DNA of 64,000 nt. Origin: a bacterium (GTDB lineage Bacteria > CLD3 > SB21). The translations under genes and the position numbers were made by a program. Each line of letters starts with the position of its first letter. Within the stretch, counting starts at the first letter, position 1. This document shows positions 59,810 through 64,000 of the stretch, piece by piece. The stretch spans positions 64,474-128,473 of the forward strand of contig JAIBAF010000002.1 of assembly GCA_019695335.1 (NCBI GenBank), given 5' to 3'. The notes under the pieces were generated by a model. The model worked only from the letters and a program-made list of their open reading frames with translations, searched no databases and had not been told where the DNA came from.

Positions 59810-62800
59810 CTACATTCCTCTCATAACTACAACTTTATCTTCGTGCCGGGTAATATTATAAACACGGCAGCCGGGGTTTTCGATCATTACGCGAGACAGT
59901 GGGCGTGAAATCAATTCTTCTAAAGAGCGATTAAGTCCCCTGGCACCTTCCCGTCTCAAATCCAAGCCTCGTATACATAAATCGAGAATCTGATCTTCAA
60001 CATTAATGCGGATTTCTTTTTCTTCAAAACGCCGCACAATGACGTCGATTTTTTGGCGGGCAATTTTCTTGATAGTCTGCTCGTCCAGCGGGCGGAATAC
60101 AACAATTTCGTCGATGCGATTGAGAAACTCCGGCGTAAAATGTTTACGCAAAGACGACATAATGCCTTCAGAAATTTCCTTAACTTCATCCGTATTGGCA
60201 CCGCCGAAACCCATTTTGACTTTCCCGTAAATATGTTCGGCGCCTAGATTGGACGTCATGATAATAGTCGTATGCGTAAAAGCAATCGTTTGTCCCTTCC
60301 CATCGGTCATACGCCCATCGTCAAACACTTGCAGAAAAGCTTCGTAAATTTTTGGATGCGCTTTTTCGATTTCATCCAACAGGATCACGGCGGATGGATC
60401 TTCACGAACGGCTTTCGTCAAACGCCCATCGTCCTCATAGCCAACATAACCCGGTGCGGTACCGATCAATTTAGACAAAGCATATTGGTCGTTGAATTCA
60501 GACATATCCAGACGCACAAGACGTTTTTCGCTGCCTTCCAACGTTTCCGCCAGCGCTTTGGCTAATTCAGTCTTACCGACGCCTGTCGGGCCAACAAATA
60601 AAAATACGCCGTCAGGACGTTCAGGATTGACATCAAGATCGCTTTTGGTCATGCGCACGACTTCGGCAACTTTTTGAATGGCTTCTTCTTGTCCAACGAC
60701 GCGTGCACGGAGGCGTTCTTCGAGCGATAACATTCCGCTCATCGCATCGATCTGAATGTTACTTTCAGGAATACGCGTCACTTGTGATACCGCTTGCACG
60801 ATATGATTTTCATTGACCGTGGCCGCATCTTTCTGGTCGGCAGGACGGGAAAGACTTGCTTTGATGGCCGCACGTTCGAGAAGGTCGCAAGCTTTATCGG
60901 GAAGATAACGGTTTTTGATATATTTATCGGACATATCAAAAATTGTCCGCATAACACGGTCGGATAATTTCACGCGATAAAAATCTTCGAGTTTCGGACG
61001 CTGCGATTCGAGTATTTTCATCGTCTCGTCTTTAGTGGGTTCAAATACGGTGATTCGTGTAAATCGCCGGTCAAAAGCGCCGCTCTTGGCAATATTTTTC
61101 TGGTATTCTTCGTCAGTTGTAGCGCCGATCAATTTAAAATCCGGCTGCGTCATAAGCGGTTTAAACATTTCATCAAGACCGCCGGTTTCATGCGAACTGT
61201 AAGAGCCTGCTCCCATCAGCGTATGTAATTCATCGATAAAAATGATGACTTTGTTGTTGCGGCAGAATTGGGTCAGCTGCATGAACTTTTGTTCCAGCGT
61301 TCCGACATACCGTGTTCCGGCGACGACGGCAAAAACTTCCAATTCAAGTAATCGGTATGGCCGCAAAATATCCGGAACGTCGCCGCGCGCAAGTAAATGG
61401 GCAAGGCCGTTGACCAAAACGGTTTTACCGACGCCAGGTTGTCCGACAATCAAAGGGTTCGCTTTGCTGCGGCGGCACAATACTTCAATCAATTCGCGTA
61501 ACTCACTTTGCCGCCCAAAAATGTCCTCGATTTTATTCTCTTTAGCCAGTTGCGTGAGATCACGTAGAAAATTGGGGAGTCCGGGTATAACACCTTCACC
61601 TAAAACGGTGGAAGTTGCCTGAGAAGACGTATCTTGCTGAGAGGTTTCTGACGTTGTAGGAGTTGTGACCTGATGATTGGGGTCAATTTCCGTCAATAAA
61701 TCATCAAACCATTTATAATTGGGATCGAATTGTTTGCCTTCGGCCAATGTCTTTTTCGATAAATCGTCTTTGCCCAATTTATGATAGGCGAGAGCGAGGT
61801 AATAAAAGCCGTACGAATTTTTGTTTTCGATGGCAAACGATTTTTTCAAAATATCGATCGCGTCCTGATATTTTTGCAAATCACAGAATACACGCCCCAA
61901 TTCGCGCATAACGCGTGCGTTTTTAGGCTCCAGTTCGATAAAACGTTCAAACGATTTTACCGCTTCATCTAAGCGGCCTAAGTTCATCAAACTGTAACCA
62001 TAGTAGTCATAAACAAACGAATCGTTGATCTTGTTGGGATAAGTCGTTTCGACAAGTTCAGCCAATTGTTTGTCATCTTTCAGATCATAATAAAGGATTT
62101 CAAAAATATGGTGCATAGCCCAATTGAAATAATTCGCATCGGCTTTTTGATAATCTTTCATGATTTCAATGGCTTTTTGCGGATTACCCAATTTGCGATA
62201 CATCTCCTTGGTTTCATAAGCGGCATTGCTGTCTTTGGAATTCAGCTTGAGAATTTTTTCAAAATACGGGAGCGCTTCGGCCCAACGGCTTTTTTCTTTG
62301 AAAAGTTTTCCGAGGCTGCGCAGCGTTTCGATGTTCTTTTCATCGATCGACAAAACTTGTTTGTATTGTTCGACCGCCGCATCGAATTTATTTTGTTTTT
62401 GATAAACATCAGCCAGCTTATTTAAAAGCGTTGCCTGATTGGGCTTAATACCTAAAGCTTTTTTCAGGTGTTCTTCGGCTTTCGGAAAATTCATTTTGGC
62501 TAAATGAAGATGCCCCATAGCCTGAAAAAGAGCATCGGATTGCGGATGGGTTTTTGCTAATTCCTGTGCGTATGCATCTATTTGTGTAAGATCAATATGT
62601 TCGTCAACAACGTGATCGAAACCTTTTTCGTACTGATTACTCATCGCGATAGATTGAAGATAAGCTTTGGCCGAAAGCGTGTGCTGATTCTGGCGGTCAT
62701 ACACTTGCCCGAGCAAAGTCTGGTGTTGCGCTTGTAGTGGCTCGAGCCGAACGGCTTCCTGAACATATTTCAAGGCTTTATCGAGGACGCCGATCGCTTC

Positions 62801-63196
62801 ATAACATTGGGCTACACAATGATGATTCCACGCATCCTGAGGATTGATTTGCAGAGCCCGTTCGCAACAGACCAGTGCAATTGCATCTTTGTCGGCATCG
62901 TGAAAAAGCATGCCGATTTTACGTAAATTCTGATCGTTCGAGTAAGCCAAATTAAGAAGCGTGTTAACCAAATAACCCGCTTCTTCATAGTTTTCTTTGG
63001 TAATCAGTTGAATGGATTGCTCAACCAGATTATCAAAAGCTTTTCCGTTTATTTCAGCGAGATGAGCGGTGTGAATAGTATGAAGATCCCGGGTGAAAGC
63101 GTATTTACAGTGCGGGCACTTCGACGCATCCGTTTCAAAAGAAAAACTTTTTGCGCAACTCGGACATAATGTGTTTTTGGAATCCGCCACGATCAA
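59810..63196 (-). CDS. Fusion protein: N-terminal zinc ribbon plus about 10 TPR repeats joined to a Clp/Hsp100-type double-AAA+ ATPase (ClpA/ClpC-like, no Clp_N domain)
   Basis: CPSCAKSF...CPHCKY; TPR-like repeats to about aa 500; D1 Walker A GQPGVGKT and D2 Walker A GPTGVGKTELAKALA; sensor and Arg-finger regions. Confidence 0.8.
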   Translation of the reverse strand: MIVADSKNTLCPSCAKSFSFETDASKCPHCKYAFTRDLHTIHTAHLAEINGKAFDNLVEQSIQLITKENYEEAGYLVNTLLNLAYSNDQNLRKIGMLFHDADKDAIALVCCERALQINPQDAWNHHCVAQCYEAIGVLDKALKYVQEAVRLEPLQAQHQTLLGQVYDRQNQHTLSAKAYLQSIAMSNQYEKGFDHVVDEHIDLTQIDAYAQELAKTHPQSDALFQAMGHLHLAKMNFPKAEEHLKKALGIKPNQATLLNKLADVYQKQNKFDAAVEQYKQVLSIDEKNIETLRSLGKLFKEKSRWAEALPYFEKILKLNSKDSNAAYETKEMYRKLGNPQKAIEIMKDYQKADANYFNWAMHHIFEILYYDLKDDKQLAELVETTYPNKINDSFVYDYYGYSLMNLGRLDEAVKSFERFIELEPKNARVMRELGRVFCDLQKYQDAIDILKKSFAIENKNSYGFYYLALAYHKLGKDDLSKKTLAEGKQFDPNYKWFDDLLTEIDPNHQVTTPTTSETSQQDTSSQATSTVLGEGVIPGLPNFLRDLTQLAKENKIEDIFGRQSELRELIEVLCRRSKANPLIVGQPGVGKTVLVNGLAHLLARGDVPDILRPYRLLELEVFAVVAGTRYVGTLEQKFMQLTQFCRNNKVIIFIDELHTLMGAGSYSSHETGGLDEMFKPLMTQPDFKLIGATTDEEYQKNIAKSGAFDRRFTRITVFEPTKDETMKILESQRPKLEDFYRVKLSDRVMRTIFDMSDKYIKNRYLPDKACDLLERAAIKASLSRPADQKDAATVNENHIVQAVSQVTRIPESNIQIDAMSGMLSLEERLRARVVGQEEAIQKVAEVVRMTKSDLDVNPERPDGVFLFVGPTGVGKTELAKALAETLEGSEKRLVRLDMSEFNDQYALSKLIGTAPGYVGYEDDGRLTKAVREDPSAVILLDEIEKAHPKIYEAFLQVFDDGRMTDGKGQTIAFTHTTIIMTSNLGAEHIYGKVKMGFGGANTDEVKEISEGIMSSLRKHFTPEFLNRIDEIVVFRPLDEQTIKKIARQKIDVIVRRFEEKEIRINVEDQILDLCIRGLDLRREGARGLNRSLEELISRPLSRVMIENPGCRVYNITRHEDKVVVMRGM

Positions 63197-63202
63197 TCCC
63201 GG

Positions 63203-64000
63203 TTAAAGATTACCGTTAAGAAAGTCACGTACGACTTTTGTGAATGATTTATTTTCTTCAGCAAAAGGCAAATGCCCGCTTTTTTCAAATATATGTATCT
63301 TGGCGTTTGGAATCAATTCCTTGATTTCAAAAGCCTGTTTGGTCGTTGCAACTTTATCGGCCCTTCCGGTCAAAACCAATACGGGCATGGTTAAATGGCG
63401 AAGTGTCGGTCGCAGGTCAAGATTTTTCATCGTACCGCTGACTTCAAAATCAGGATCATCACCGATGATCGCATAATAAACCGCCTCCGAAAAAACATCT
63501 TGCTGCGTCTGAATGGCCGAATACTTTGAAAGATGTTTTTTATGTTTTTCTGAACTGTACCAGTACATCGTTGCATAACACTGATCATATACGGTTCTCC
63601 ATTCTGACGCGCTGGATTTCATGGTTTTTCGCATTTCCATCAGACGCGTCCAGACGTCCGGATAACTTTCTTGTATATGTCGGTTGCAGTTATCGATATT
63701 GTTTTGCCATCCTTCCGCACTGTGAAAGGTATTACACAGAATCACCTTTCGGACATGGTCGGGATGTGTAAACGCATAACTTTGAGCGATAATGCCGCCG
63801 TACGAATGACCGAAAAGATGAACTTTATCGAAGCCCAGAGCTTGCCGTAAATTATCGATATCTTCAACGTCTTTATCGACGCTATAAAGCGCCGGATCGG
63901 TCAATGAAGTTGATCGGCCGCGGCCGCGTGCGTCGAAAAAAATTACAGTAAACGATTTTTGAAACTGTTTAAAATACGGTTTAAAATACGCATGCGAATC
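63203..64000 (-). CDS. Alpha/beta-hydrolase (proline-iminopeptidase-like), 5'-truncated by the window end
   Basis: Nucleophile elbow GHSYGG sits only about 30 aa after the listed TTG start. The reading frame stays open to nt 64000 and encodes ...IFFDARGRGRS, so the real N-terminus lies outside the window. Confidence 0.75.
   Translation of the reverse strand, partial: DSHAYFKPYFKQFQKSFTVIFFDARGRGRSTSLTDPALYSVDKDVEDIDNLRQALGFDKVHLFGHSYGGIIAQSYAFTHPDHVRKVILCNTFHSAEGWQNNIDNCNRHIQESYPDVWTRLMEMRKTMKSSASEWRTVYDQCYATMYWYSSEKHKKHLSKYSAIQTQQDVFSEAVYYAIIGDDPDFEVSGTMKNLDLRPTLRHLTMPVLVLTGRADKVATTKQAFEIKELIPNAKIHIFEKSGHLPFAEENKSFTKVVRDFLNGNL

Noticed and set aside
63203-63904. The start of the alpha/beta-hydrolase gene as listed (a TTG at 63902..63904 translated as M)
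   Set aside because: The catalytic GHSYGG elbow would lie only about 30 residues from that start. The frame stays open to the window end and encodes an IFFDARGRGRS-type N-terminal region. The gene is truncated by the window rather than starting there.
1-64000. Search for CRISPR arrays, tRNA/rRNA genes, transposases or integrases
   Set aside because: I found no regularly spaced direct repeats, no cloverleaf-like conserved tRNA segments in the intergenic regions inspected, and no ORF with recombinase or transposase motifs. The RiPP island shows no obvious mobility genes inside this window.

Overview
The window appears to be a bacterial chromosomal segment of roughly 40-45% GC that uses Shine-Dalgarno sites (AAGGAG occurs before several genes). 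Most of it is ordinary housekeeping content read directly from the ORF translations: metG, carA, greA, thiL, thiD, prmC, cysS, rny, bioY, purM, hldE, ddl, nuoN, a bshA-type glycosyltransferase, an EF-G paralog, several glycosyltransferases and signalling proteins. The gene content (a GWxTD-like domain, a DUF2723 membrane protein, bshA, RNase Y) loosely suggests an FCB-group or Ignavibacteria/Chlorobi-like organism; this is a guess, not a result. The standout region is a ~17 kb accessory island at about 15.4-32.5 kb, between thiL plus a WD40 protein on one side and rny on the other, that looks like a previously undescribed class-I-lanthipeptide-type RiPP gene cluster. It contains a small AraC-type HTH regulator and a split LanB dehydratase (a 963-aa N-terminal piece plus a separate 334-aa elimination domain carrying FFIRY..GPHIRLRF and EPEIERYSG motifs). 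It also has a LanC-like cyclase with a ~210-aa C-terminal extension, a C39-peptidase/ABC exporter and a HlyD-type partner. There are three paralogous precursor genes sharing the leader MGKKLKLKLEDLKVQSFVT...GG, each followed by a highly divergent 66-74-aa core with 9-12 Cys. Each precursor is preceded by a conserved ~225-nt element (a mini-ORF plus a 16-17-bp inverted repeat 61-63 nt before the start codon) and followed by a hairpin terminator and then a gene for a secreted protein. Two of those secreted proteins are paralogous TPR/GWxTD-like proteins. Other notable items are a Zn-ribbon-TPR-Clp ATPase fusion, an EF-G paralog with non-canonical G motifs (DTPGY instead of DTPGH), and a Gly/Cys-rich peptide with a double-glycine-like leader at the window start. 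No rRNA, tRNA, CRISPR or mobile elements were recognised.
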